A DNA stretch of 33,906 nt from an uncultured Muribaculaceae bacterium (lineage in GTDB: Bacteria > Bacillota_I > Bacilli_A > RF39 > UBA660). Each line of letters begins with the position of its first letter. The stretch's first letter is position 1. The notes under the pieces were generated by a model, which ran no database searches, was not told where the DNA came from, and saw only the letters and a program-made list of their open reading frames with translations. The position numbers and the translations under genes are program-made. This document shows, piece after piece, positions 10,748 through 19,288 of the stretch. The stretch is from NCBI GenBank assembly GCA_964617705.1, contig CAZTXU010000002.1:1-33906 (forward strand). The letters run 5' to 3'.

Positions 10748-11533
10748 TTAGCCCTCTGGCTCAAAATCATATTTTACTAATTGCATCATTTTTCCGTCTT
10801 TTGGACGAAGAACTCTAAGGTTCATGGAAAATGTAGAAGGATCGCCTTCGGCTTCCATTGTTAAGGTTACTTCAGATTGAACTTTAGCCTTAGGTATAAT
10901 AAACTGGAAGAATTCATCTTCACCTGTATTTTCAGAACGAGCATAAGTGTCACCAGTAACATAATAGGTTCTAGGAAATTTTTCGGCATTAATATCAATT
11001 TTTAATGCATGTGTTACAGGTAAAGAAGCCTTAGCATAAACTGCCTCTTCAGTCCAACCGCCAGTACCAGGGCTGGCAGAATCTCCAGTCGTAGCATCAG
11101 CATAAACAGTTTCGCCATTAGCATTTATTTTATAATATTTAATATCTGTTAATTTAGATACTGGGAACTTCTGTTCACCATGAGTAAATTCAGTAGGCGT
11201 ACTGGTCATACCATCAATGTTCCAAGTTTTTATAATACCAGTAGTAGTATTATCTATACCATTATCATCGCCAAACATCATAGCCATTGATTTAGCTGAG
11301 AATAGAGCATCTTCAAGTATAACAGTAATTTCTTTACCATAATCCCAAGTAATTAGTTCTGGGTTACCTTTTCCACCACGAGTAGAAGTATTTTCACCAG
11401 TCTGTTCAATAGTAGAAACTTTTAAAGTATCAAGATAAAGTACGGGTTCACCGATGCTTCCATCTGACTGAATTTTATAAAATGTTACGTCCGCAACTTC
11501 CTTAATACCATATCTATCAAGAATACTTGTCAT
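10748..11533 (-). CDS. Major tail (tube) protein, paralog A (261 aa)
   Basis: It has a strong GGAGG RBS and a GC-rich terminator directly downstream, the pattern of a highly expressed structural gene. It lies upstream of the TMP and is homologous to the next ORF. Confidence 0.55.
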   Translation of the reverse strand: MTSILDRYGIKEVADVTFYKIQSDGSIGEPVLYLDTLKVSTIEQTGENTSTRGGKGNPELITWDYGKEITVILEDALFSAKSMAMMFGDDNGIDNTTTGIIKTWNIDGMTSTPTEFTHGEQKFPVSKLTDIKYYKINANGETVYADATTGDSASPGTGGWTEEAVYAKASLPVTHALKIDINAEKFPRTYYVTGDTYARSENTGEDEFFQFIIPKAKVQSEVTLTMEAEGDPSTFSMNLRVLRPKDGKMMQLVKYDFEPEG

Positions 11534-11554
11534 TTATATAGCCTCCTATATATA

Positions 11555-12307
11555 TTAATCTTTATCTAAATCCCTAATCCAATATTTTAGTTTTACATTT
11601 TTTGCACCAGCTAGCATGCTTTTTATATCAACTTCATATTTTTCTTTAGCTTGATATGTTTCCATAATCGCCGATACAGAAGCGTAACTTATCTCTCCGA
11701 TATTAAGTGGAGTAATACCTAAGCCCATACAACAAATTGAAACTAAAGTTGTGCTAAGAGGAATTCCATTTTTCTTTGCTTTTATTTTATCACGCAATCT
11801 CGCCTTAGCTTTCATTCGTTTAATACGAGGATTTTCATTAGGATCGGGAAGTTCTTGAATTTTTTCTCCAATACTTTGTCTTAATAAATTCTGAAATTTA
11901 AAAAAATTTGTTTCATTAAGTATTGGAAGTTCATCTATATTATTAATAGTCTTTAGTTTTTTTTCTAAATTACCTATTATAACTATTTTTTGTTCTATTA
12001 AAAAAGTTACTTCCTCATGTATAAAAAATCTAAATCCTTCTTTAGCCAACAATTCAATTTTTTTATCTTGAGCAATAGAATTAAATAAAAATTCAAGTGG
12101 AGTTGGAATTTTATCAATTTTAAATTCTTTATTTTTATTTTTCTTTTCTTCAATATCATCTTCAATATCTTCTTGTGATGACATTAATAATTTTCTAAAA
12201 ATTGGAAAATAAGATTGAGTTATAACTTCTTTAACAGTTGGTGGATATATTTTTACTCCTTTTTCAAAATTTAATGGAGCATTAATAAAAACTTGTTCAT
12301 TAATCAT
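11555..12307 (-). CDS. Hypothetical virion/tail-module protein (250 aa)
   Basis: I moved the start to the ATG at 12307 (MINEQVF...), which overlaps the upstream stop in an ATGATTAA arrangement. The longer ORF-track start would overlap the upstream gene by 77 nt. No recognisable motifs; there is a basic KRMKAKARLRDKIKAKK patch. Confidence 0.5.
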   Translation of the reverse strand: MINEQVFINAPLNFEKGVKIYPPTVKEVITQSYFPIFRKLLMSSQEDIEDDIEEKKNKNKEFKIDKIPTPLEFLFNSIAQDKKIELLAKEGFRFFIHEEVTFLIEQKIVIIGNLEKKLKTINNIDELPILNETNFFKFQNLLRQSIGEKIQELPDPNENPRIKRMKAKARLRDKIKAKKNGIPLSTTLVSICCMGLGITPLNIGEISYASVSAIMETYQAKEKYEVDIKSMLAGAKNVKLKYWIRDLDKD

Positions 12308-12791
12308 AAGTAGTAATATTAAAATACATTTCGTAACAAGACATTTCATCGGTAAGGAAATTAATTTCAAATCCACCAGTTGACATTTTACCTAAACCGT
12401 TAATTATTTTACCATCTAAACTTTTTTCTATTTCACTCATAATAAGAAAAGGTCTTAAACTATCACTTTTCATTATCCATTGAGTTAAAGGAACAAATAC
12501 TTCAAAATTTAATGAAATATTCCGAAATTCATCATTAGTAGATATTTTACTACCTTTTACTACTCTAAAAGCAATAACAGATTTAGCTGTTTCGCGCGGT
12601 GTGAGTCTTGGAACGATTTTTATAAGTTTTTCAAAAACTTCTTCTTTAATTATATCTTTTGTAATATCTGGTTGAGATAAAGGATCTTTATCAGTATAAT
12701 ATAATAATTTTAATAATGTCTGATTTGCCAATAATCTTTTTACAATTAATTGTAAATTTTCGCCCATTTCTTGTAATTTTCTAACAGCCAT
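12300..12791 (-). CDS. Putative neck / tail-completion protein (163 aa)
   Basis: I moved the start to the ATG at 12791 (MAVRKL...), 9 nt after GGAGG. The call rests on size and position between the connector genes and the tail tube. The function is inferred from position only. Confidence 0.4.
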   Translation of the reverse strand: MAVRKLQEMGENLQLIVKRLLANQTLLKLLYYTDKDPLSQPDITKDIIKEEVFEKLIKIVPRLTPRETAKSVIAFRVVKGSKISTNDEFRNISLNFEVFVPLTQWIMKSDSLRPFLIMSEIEKSLDGKIINGLGKMSTGGFEINFLTDEMSCYEMYFNITTYD

Positions 12792-12792
12792 A

Positions 12793-13515
12793 TTATTCTC
12801 CTCCATTTAACCAGAAAAATTCATCTTTTGAATCACCTGGTTGTTGTTGAGGTGCTGGTGTTAAATCATATTCGTAAGTAGGATCAACAGTTACATATTC
12901 TACACCTGGTGTTGATTGTATATCATAACCAGTTACACGATATTGCTCTTTAAGCTCTCCCGTACCTATTTCCAAATAATCATCTTTTTTAATTTTAGGT
13001 GTTGTTGGCATTACAAAAAAGCTCATTTTAAGATTTTCTGCATAGATAGTATCCATTCTACTTCTTGAACGAATTTCATCTTTTAACATATTATCTTCTT
13101 GACCATACATATATGCCCAAGATTCTTGCTGAGAACCATCGCGCGCAGTCCAAGTAAGATAATGTGTCATTTTTAACACTATATATCTATTATATCCACT
13201 TGCCTTTATATCTTCTAAATAATAAACCAACCAAGGTTTTTTTATTTTATCTTTATCTGGAATCATTAAAATGGTTCCATTTGGCATATTAACATTTGTT
13301 TTTGTAAGTAAATATTGTAGAGTTTGAGTTTCATCTTGTTTATATTTTTCTAAACTACCAGCAACTTCTTCATCTTTAAATAAGAAATCAACTCTATAAA
13401 TAGTTTTTAATAAATATAAATCAAATAATTCTTCTCGTTCTCTTTGAATACGAGATTGATAATCTAAACCATATCTATTAACTCTTTTTTTATAAATATC
13501 TTCAAAATATCCCAT
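12793..13515 (-). CDS. Hypothetical head-tail joining module protein (240 aa)
   Basis: The ORF-track start at 13542 is a TTG inside the upstream gene. The ATG at 13515 forms a TAATG stop/start overlap with the upstream gene, which suggests translational coupling. Confidence 0.5.
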   Translation of the reverse strand: MGYFEDIYKKRVNRYGLDYQSRIQREREELFDLYLLKTIYRVDFLFKDEEVAGSLEKYKQDETQTLQYLLTKTNVNMPNGTILMIPDKDKIKKPWLVYYLEDIKASGYNRYIVLKMTHYLTWTARDGSQQESWAYMYGQEDNMLKDEIRSRSRMDTIYAENLKMSFFVMPTTPKIKKDDYLEIGTGELKEQYRVTGYDIQSTPGVEYVTVDPTYEYDLTPAPQQQPGDSKDEFFWLNGGE

Positions 13516-13778
13516 TAGTTTTTCCCTAATAGACTCATACAATCAAAAACTGTTGAGCGAAAATATTCATATTTTAAATAACGAAGTGAGCTTAGTTTAA
13601 AATAAAGAATGTAATAATTAATTGTTCGGCGCTCTTCTGGATAGCCATATAATTCAATAAGGATTGAATCTAAAAATTTCTCCCATTCTCTATTTTTTTC
13701 TCTCTCACAAAGAAGACCATATAATTTATTTTTTAGCTTGTTGTTATAGCCTTCTTCCATACCACACGCGAATAACAT
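13515..13778 (-). CDS. Hypothetical small structural-module protein (87 aa)
   Basis: There is a TAATG stop/start overlap with the upstream gene at 13778. It sits in the same operon frame arrangement as its neighbours. Confidence 0.45.
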   Translation of the reverse strand: MLFACGMEEGYNNKLKNKLYGLLCEREKNREWEKFLDSILIELYGYPEERRTINYYILYFKLSSLRYLKYEYFRSTVFDCMSLLGKN

Positions 13779-14206
13779 TAATTATTCCCCGCGAGATTAC
13801 TATATTTAAATGGCTTGCCTTTAATAGAACGATAATAAATTCTTTCTAATTTTAAAGCATTATATTTTTCTGCTTCTAAAAGTTGATTAAATTTATCTAA
13901 TAAATTTGCTTGAGAAAAATCTCTTTCTTCATATAAAGGTTTTACATTTTCCCAAGTTAAAATTGTTCTATTTAACCACTCACACTTCATATAACAAGCT
14001 AATATTTGAATTTCTTCGTTATCTAAATCATTAATAAAACCATTATCATCTCTATCCAAAGATATTCTTGGGAACTTAAACCAAGAAATAGCTCCTTCTA
14101 AGATACCTTTAAGATCTTGAGAAACCTCTTCTTCTGTCCAGTTAACCCACTCATCTTCTAACATTTTTACAAGAAAAGCATCATATACTTTCTGGTAAGG
14201 AGTCAT
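13778..14206 (-). CDS. Putative head-tail connector/adaptor protein (142 aa)
   Basis: It has a GGAGG RBS. Its size and its position two genes after the capsid gene are typical of gp6/gp15-type adaptors. Assigned by position, not by motif. Confidence 0.4.
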   Translation of the reverse strand: MTPYQKVYDAFLVKMLEDEWVNWTEEEVSQDLKGILEGAISWFKFPRISLDRDDNGFINDLDNEEIQILACYMKCEWLNRTILTWENVKPLYEERDFSQANLLDKFNQLLEAEKYNALKLERIYYRSIKGKPFKYSNLAGNN

Positions 14207-14208
14207 AA

Positions 14209-14688
14209 TTAATCCTCCTTATTTTTCCTATTTAATTGAATCATTGACATAGCATTTAGTCCAGTAACTTTTTCAAGAAATTCAGCTTTGTCGAAAGTAA
14301 TAGTTTCTTTTTGTACAGCATAATCAACCAAATTTTTTGCTTGTTCAATAGATAATTTTTTAACATTTTCTTTAAATTCGTGTAAAGGCATAACTGTTAA
14401 ATATCTATTTAGCTGTTTTTCATCTAATACGATAATATTTACAGGTTCTGTGGCTTCTTCTGGTTCAAGACCAATTTCCTTTTTAATATCCATATCTTCT
14501 ATATATAACATACCAGTTCTAAACATATACTCTGAACCTGGGTCATACATAATATCCTGTAAAAGTTCTTTATCAATTTTTTGTCTTTGTCCCTTTCTCG
14601 TCCATTCTTTCTTAAAACGTAAATCTGGTAAATAAATACCAACTACACCATTAACTGTACTAATTACTGTAACCATTTCTTTTTCCAT
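14209..14688 (-). CDS. Hypothetical protein (159 aa), first gene after the capsid terminator
   Basis: A clean ORF with a GGAGAAAAG RBS. No recognisable motif. Confidence 0.5.
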   Translation of the reverse strand: MEKEMVTVISTVNGVVGIYLPDLRFKKEWTRKGQRQKIDKELLQDIMYDPGSEYMFRTGMLYIEDMDIKKEIGLEPEEATEPVNIIVLDEKQLNRYLTVMPLHEFKENVKKLSIEQAKNLVDYAVQKETITFDKAEFLEKVTGLNAMSMIQLNRKNKED

Positions 14689-14715
14689 AATCTTTTCTCC
14701 TTTTATCTCCTTATA

Positions 14716-14748
14716 TTAAAATCAAGGAGGAAGGATTCCTTCCTCCCC
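14716..14748 (-). terminator. Intrinsic terminator after the major capsid gene
   Basis: On the minus strand: GGAGGAAGG-aat-CCTTCCTCC followed by TTGATTTTAAT. Confidence 0.7.
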
Positions 14749-14765
14749 GTAGTCTTTATCTATAA

Positions 14766-15812
14766 TTATACTCCATAGGGATTATCATATGTTTGAGTAA
14801 TTCCAGTATTCTGATAAATACCCCAGTTATAATGTGTAAGAATTGCACAACCCATCTTTTTATAAGCATGAATTTCCATAGAATTATCTCTATTTGTGAA
14901 GTCATGAATCTGAGTAGCACCCTCAAGAACAACTTTAACAACCTTTTCTTTTCCAGCAGGTAGAACATAAGCTAACTGAGGATCAATCCAGGTCTTATCA
15001 TTGTTTTCATCAATAAATGACTGAGGAATTTGAACAATAGGTGTGCCACGGAAAATATTAATATAACCAGTATTATGGATTGCTTCAATATCCTGTGGAG
15101 AATATACGCCTTGGTAGTTTGTACCTACAGGAACAATTGCATCCGCACCCATCGCTGCGACAAATTCTGGTGGTGCAAAAATTACTGCACTTGAACCATA
15201 AGCTCTTACAACATTAACAAGTTTTACCATATCTTCTGCTACGAATGTATTCTTAGAAACTAAATTTACAGCAGGACGAGCAGTAGCAGAAATAGCAGCT
15301 TTTAGGGCTTTCTGAACCTGTACAAATACGGCATCTGTTAAACCTGTTGTAATAATATCCATGATATCAGCCATATCTTCGGCTCCATCAAGGAAACGTT
15401 CAAAATCAATAGTAGCAGCTCCACCAACAGCCATTACTGGTACTTCGAAAGTTTCGTTATCTAAACGGAAAGTTTCATAAACACCAGAAAGACCAACTTG
15501 TGTTAAGAATTTCTTCGCGCGGTTTTTGCCAACACCTTTTTTAAATAAAGCTTTATCGCCTTGTCTTACAACTTGTACTTCAGCGAACATTCCTAAAGCA
15601 CTAATAACTTTATTAGGAACTATTTCATCAGCGGTTTGAATTATAATATCATAAATATCATAACGATTTCTCATAAATTCATTAACAGAAGAAGCTAATC
15701 CTCTCATTTCTTCACGAAGTGCTTCATCTACATTTTCAACGCTGAAGTTAGCTGGCGCAGTATGTTTAGCAGCATGTAATGCTAATTCTTTAATTTCTTT
15801 AATTGTAGCCAT
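14766..15812 (-). CDS. Major capsid protein (348 aa, HK97-fold class presumed)
   Basis: It has an AGGAGG RBS and a strong terminator downstream. It is visibly richer in G+C and Ala/Val/Gly than its neighbours. It sits in the canonical portal, scaffold, capsid order. Confidence 0.75.
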   Translation of the reverse strand: MATIKEIKELALHAAKHTAPANFSVENVDEALREEMRGLASSVNEFMRNRYDIYDIIIQTADEIVPNKVISALGMFAEVQVVRQGDKALFKKGVGKNRAKKFLTQVGLSGVYETFRLDNETFEVPVMAVGGAATIDFERFLDGAEDMADIMDIITTGLTDAVFVQVQKALKAAISATARPAVNLVSKNTFVAEDMVKLVNVVRAYGSSAVIFAPPEFVAAMGADAIVPVGTNYQGVYSPQDIEAIHNTGYINIFRGTPIVQIPQSFIDENNDKTWIDPQLAYVLPAGKEKVVKVVLEGATQIHDFTNRDNSMEIHAYKKMGCAILTHYNWGIYQNTGITQTYDNPYGV

Positions 15813-15827
15813 TATTCTAACCTCCTA

Positions 15828-16394
15828 TTACGCACCAATAACTTGGAATTTAATACCAAGCTGGCCATCTGGCATTGTTGTCTTTTGAATAACTAAAAGC
15901 TTGATTCCAGTAGTTGGAGCGGTTGCAGAAACTAGAATAGAACCGTCAGCAGACTGAGTACCATAAAGCTTAGTTGTCTTAATCTTACCAAGAGCTTCAA
16001 TAAATTTATCCTCTGTTGTCCATGTGCTATCTTTCTCTGAATCATAGCTTACGCAATTTGTTGTAAATTTATCACCAATTGCAAGATAGCCAATACGGGG
16101 ATAAAATCCATCTTTTATAGTTAATTTAAAATTCTTTAAAGCATTAGCCCTTTCATCATACATATGTTCAGAAGTATAATTTAATCCAACTGGACAAACT
16201 TCTGATGCATCAGGCATTCTTACTGTGCCTGCTACTTTATCAACAGCAAGTAACATTCCATTTTCAGCAGGAAGTGTTTCAAAATCAGTAGCATCTAATG
16301 CACATTGAGCTTCGACACGACCATCTCTACGGAAGGCTACATTATTTAGCTCTAACTGGCCAAAGCCTTCAATTGTTAATCTTTTTTGTGCCAT
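15828..16394 (-). CDS. Accessory head protein (decoration or scaffold-associated), 188 aa
   Basis: I moved the start to the ATG at 16394 (MAQKRL...), 9 nt after GGAGG; the ORF-track start overlaps that RBS. It lies between the scaffold-like gene and the capsid gene. The function is a guess from position. Confidence 0.3.
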   Translation of the reverse strand: MAQKRLTIEGFGQLELNNVAFRRDGRVEAQCALDATDFETLPAENGMLLAVDKVAGTVRMPDASEVCPVGLNYTSEHMYDERANALKNFKLTIKDGFYPRIGYLAIGDKFTTNCVSYDSEKDSTWTTEDKFIEALGKIKTTKLYGTQSADGSILVSATAPTTGIKLLVIQKTTMPDGQLGIKFQVIGA

Positions 16395-16409
16395 TATATT
16401 ATCCTCCAA

Positions 16410-17777
16410 TTATTTTTTATATTTTGCTAAAATTGCCTCAATACCAGTATTTGGTGTATCTTTTGGAAGATATTGAGGAGTCTTTGTAAATACTTCTAAA
16501 TTAGTTTTCTTCAATTCATAAGCAAGTTCTTTATCTAATTCAGTTGCAGAACTATATTCAGAAATTTTAGATTTATAAGAATCAAGAATTTCATTATTTA
16601 GTAGCTCTGAATAAGAAGCAATAACTTGTTCTTTTTCTTGAGTTTCAACACTATTTTTATAGTCTTTTAATGTTTCTAATTCATTTGTTAAAGTAGAAAT
16701 TTGTTCTTGCGCATTATTATAATTTTCTACGCTTGTATCTCTTTCCGTTGTTAAAGTAGATACTGTATTATTTAGCTCTTCAATTTTTGTGCTAAATTCT
16801 GAATTTTGTTGTTTAATAGTATCAATTTCTTGAATATTTTCATCAATTTTTTCGTAAGTTCCACCATTAAACGCTCTTAATGCTTCAAGTGCAGTTTTTT
16901 CTTCTTCTGTAACATCAATTACATAACATTTCTTGCGTGCACCTAATTCTATACTATCTGTTTCATCATTCTTTGTATAATAAACACGTTCATAGCTTCC
17001 GGCTTCATAACTATATACTAAAGCATAATCATCATAAATATCAAGAATAGTATAAGTAATTTCCCAATTACTTTCTTCAGTATATTTATCATTTAGGAGA
17101 ACCCAGATTGCATCATGTTTCTGACTATCAGAAAGTTTAAAATTTAATTTTGTCATTTCTGACTTGCCTCCTTTAATATTAGAATCTAAAGAATATTTTT
17201 CTAATTTCTTAATTGCATTTTTTAAATCATTATAAAATGTGAAAAAGGCTGCGCCTTCAAAACAAGGTTCTACATCATCACCAAGAATTTGTAATCCAAG
17301 AAAACAGCCATCTTCAAATTTATATAATTTTTTGCCATTTATTATTGCCCAATCACCCTTAATAGATGGTTGATATAATTCCATAGATTGAGATTTTCCA
17401 ACTATTTGAGAGGCTTCTTCATATAAGGCGGTGAAAATATAAACATCACAACAAGCATACTCTCTTTCTATCTCATCTTCATCTAAATGTTTCTCCCAAG
17501 AAAAATTTGGATTTTCTGGAACTATACCATATATACGACCTAAATCACGTTTTAATCCATGGTCAGTATAATCTTCATCAAAATTATCATATATTCCTTT
17601 AACTGGAGTATATGGTAAGCTACTAATAAGTTTTTGAGCAAACTCATCTGTTATATAAGTACCATTTCTATTTTCATACTTATAAAAAATTCGGCATCTT
17701 GCTTTTGAAAGAACTGGATTTAATTCTTTTAAATTCCCATAAATTGTAACCGGAAACTCTTTAATAATATCACCCAT
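16410..17777 (-). CDS. Scaffolding-like protein (455 aa): N-terminal globular domain plus C-terminal coiled coil
   Basis: The C-terminal third is heptad-rich (IEELNNTVSTLTTERD...ISTLTNELETLKDYK). The gene lies directly after the portal gene, with an ATGA-type overlap at 17777. Confidence 0.4.
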   Translation of the reverse strand: MGDIIKEFPVTIYGNLKELNPVLSKARCRIFYKYENRNGTYITDEFAQKLISSLPYTPVKGIYDNFDEDYTDHGLKRDLGRIYGIVPENPNFSWEKHLDEDEIEREYACCDVYIFTALYEEASQIVGKSQSMELYQPSIKGDWAIINGKKLYKFEDGCFLGLQILGDDVEPCFEGAAFFTFYNDLKNAIKKLEKYSLDSNIKGGKSEMTKLNFKLSDSQKHDAIWVLLNDKYTEESNWEITYTILDIYDDYALVYSYEAGSYERVYYTKNDETDSIELGARKKCYVIDVTEEEKTALEALRAFNGGTYEKIDENIQEIDTIKQQNSEFSTKIEELNNTVSTLTTERDTSVENYNNAQEQISTLTNELETLKDYKNSVETQEKEQVIASYSELLNNEILDSYKSKISEYSSATELDKELAYELKKTNLEVFTKTPQYLPKDTPNTGIEAILAKYKK

Positions 17778-19288
17778 TATTCAGAACCTCCTTGATCATC
17801 TAACGATTCTTCATTTTGTAATGTTTTTGGAGATTTTTCTTCAGCACTTTTTTCTGGCGCGCCTGGTTCATTTGAATTAGCGCTTTGAGTATATGCTGAA
17901 TTTAATGGTTTTAACTTATCTCCTAATTCTAATAAATTATTTTCTAAATCTTTTATATTATTTAAATCTCTTTGTGACATTCCTAAAGCCAATGCTGGCA
18001 TTATGAAACTATAACCACTTTGAGCTAATTTAAATGTATCAGTTATATATGTAGATTCATTATAATATGTAATTGGAAAAATCATATATTTAAATCTAAC
18101 ATTTGTATTAGAATATAATTTATTAATTAAATTAGTAATAAATACAGAATATTTATTCGCTAAAACCATCATTAGGGCGGTATCATTTTTTATTGAGGTT
18201 TCTATTGATAAATTACCAGTAGCAGCAAATATTTGGCCACTTACACCGCCCTCATAATAAATATTTTGAACCATTTTATCTAAATTATTAGATACTGAAT
18301 CAGCAGTTGTTTTAGATATAATTGAATCTACATCTGCATAAGTAGTTAAAACAGAAACATTTTTATTTTGTTTCATCATTCTAACAGTGCCTTCATGAAT
18401 TTCTGCTGCTTCTTCTGGTTCAAATAGCAATCCCCCATCTTGCAAATGAGGAATTTTTTGCACAATAATTTTTCTTATCTCTTCTAAATCACGCTCGCGC
18501 TCTGTCTCTACTGCTTCATCATATTGAATAGTTGCTGGTATGACATTCAAAAATAATGGTCTCCCATCAAAAAATGGAAAACATACTCCTATATCAGATG
18601 GAATTTTCATCCAAGGAGTAGATTCTTTACCTTCTCTCCAACGTTTAAAATATTTTGAAATTACATTAGGATATAAGGATAAGGCTTCATTTCTTGTTGG
18701 AATATCTGTAATTGTTAAAAAATAACTGACATTAAATTCAACTATATCATTACCTTGAATATCTTTAAAACGAGAACAACAATATCCGCTTGGTAAATCT
18801 AAAAGAGCAAATGATTTTTTATCTAATGTTTGAATTACACCGTAATAAGCCCCATCAATTAATGCTTTTGTAGAACAATTTGTAAGCATTACTGGTAAAG
18901 ATAGTCTTTCTACAAAATCTATTGCATTATTATACTTTTTTGAAATAAAAGGATTAGAGAGATTTTTACCGTTTGCTGGATTAGGAATAAGCATACCGGC
19001 ATATTTCAAAAGAGTAGCATAATAAATTAAAATTCTTTTGTAAAATCCATCTTTATAGAAGTAATTACGAGAAAGTTTTTGTTGTTCTTCTAAAGAACCA
19101 GATTGAATAATTCTATCTATTTCTTCTGGTTTATAATCTTTAACTTTCGTAATATATCTACGTGAACTATATGGCGGATCCCAAGCTCTTTCATTAGTAG
19201 AAATCATTTTATCTTGTGCGCGCTTGAAGGAGGCTAAATCAAAAGTAGACTTTACTGCTTCATTTTGATTATTTATTTGATTATTCAT
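17777..19288 (-). CDS. Portal protein (503 aa)
   Basis: It lies immediately downstream of the large terminase. Its size and acidic C-terminal tail are typical of portals. Assigned mainly by synteny. Confidence 0.6.
   Translation of the reverse strand: MNNQINNQNEAVKSTFDLASFKRAQDKMISTNERAWDPPYSSRRYITKVKDYKPEEIDRIIQSGSLEEQQKLSRNYFYKDGFYKRILIYYATLLKYAGMLIPNPANGKNLSNPFISKKYNNAIDFVERLSLPVMLTNCSTKALIDGAYYGVIQTLDKKSFALLDLPSGYCCSRFKDIQGNDIVEFNVSYFLTITDIPTRNEALSLYPNVISKYFKRWREGKESTPWMKIPSDIGVCFPFFDGRPLFLNVIPATIQYDEAVETERERDLEEIRKIIVQKIPHLQDGGLLFEPEEAAEIHEGTVRMMKQNKNVSVLTTYADVDSIISKTTADSVSNNLDKMVQNIYYEGGVSGQIFAATGNLSIETSIKNDTALMMVLANKYSVFITNLINKLYSNTNVRFKYMIFPITYYNESTYITDTFKLAQSGYSFIMPALALGMSQRDLNNIKDLENNLLELGDKLKPLNSAYTQSANSNEPGAPEKSAEEKSPKTLQNEESLDDQGGSE

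Noticed and set aside
12300-12376. The 77-nt overlap between ORFs 12300-12806 and 11555-12376 could be a programmed frameshift site, by analogy with tail chaperones.
   Set aside because: The overlap disappears if the downstream gene starts at ATG 12307, in an ATGATTAA stop/start coupling. No slippery heptamer is evident, and the pair is upstream of the tube genes rather than between the tube gene and the TMP.
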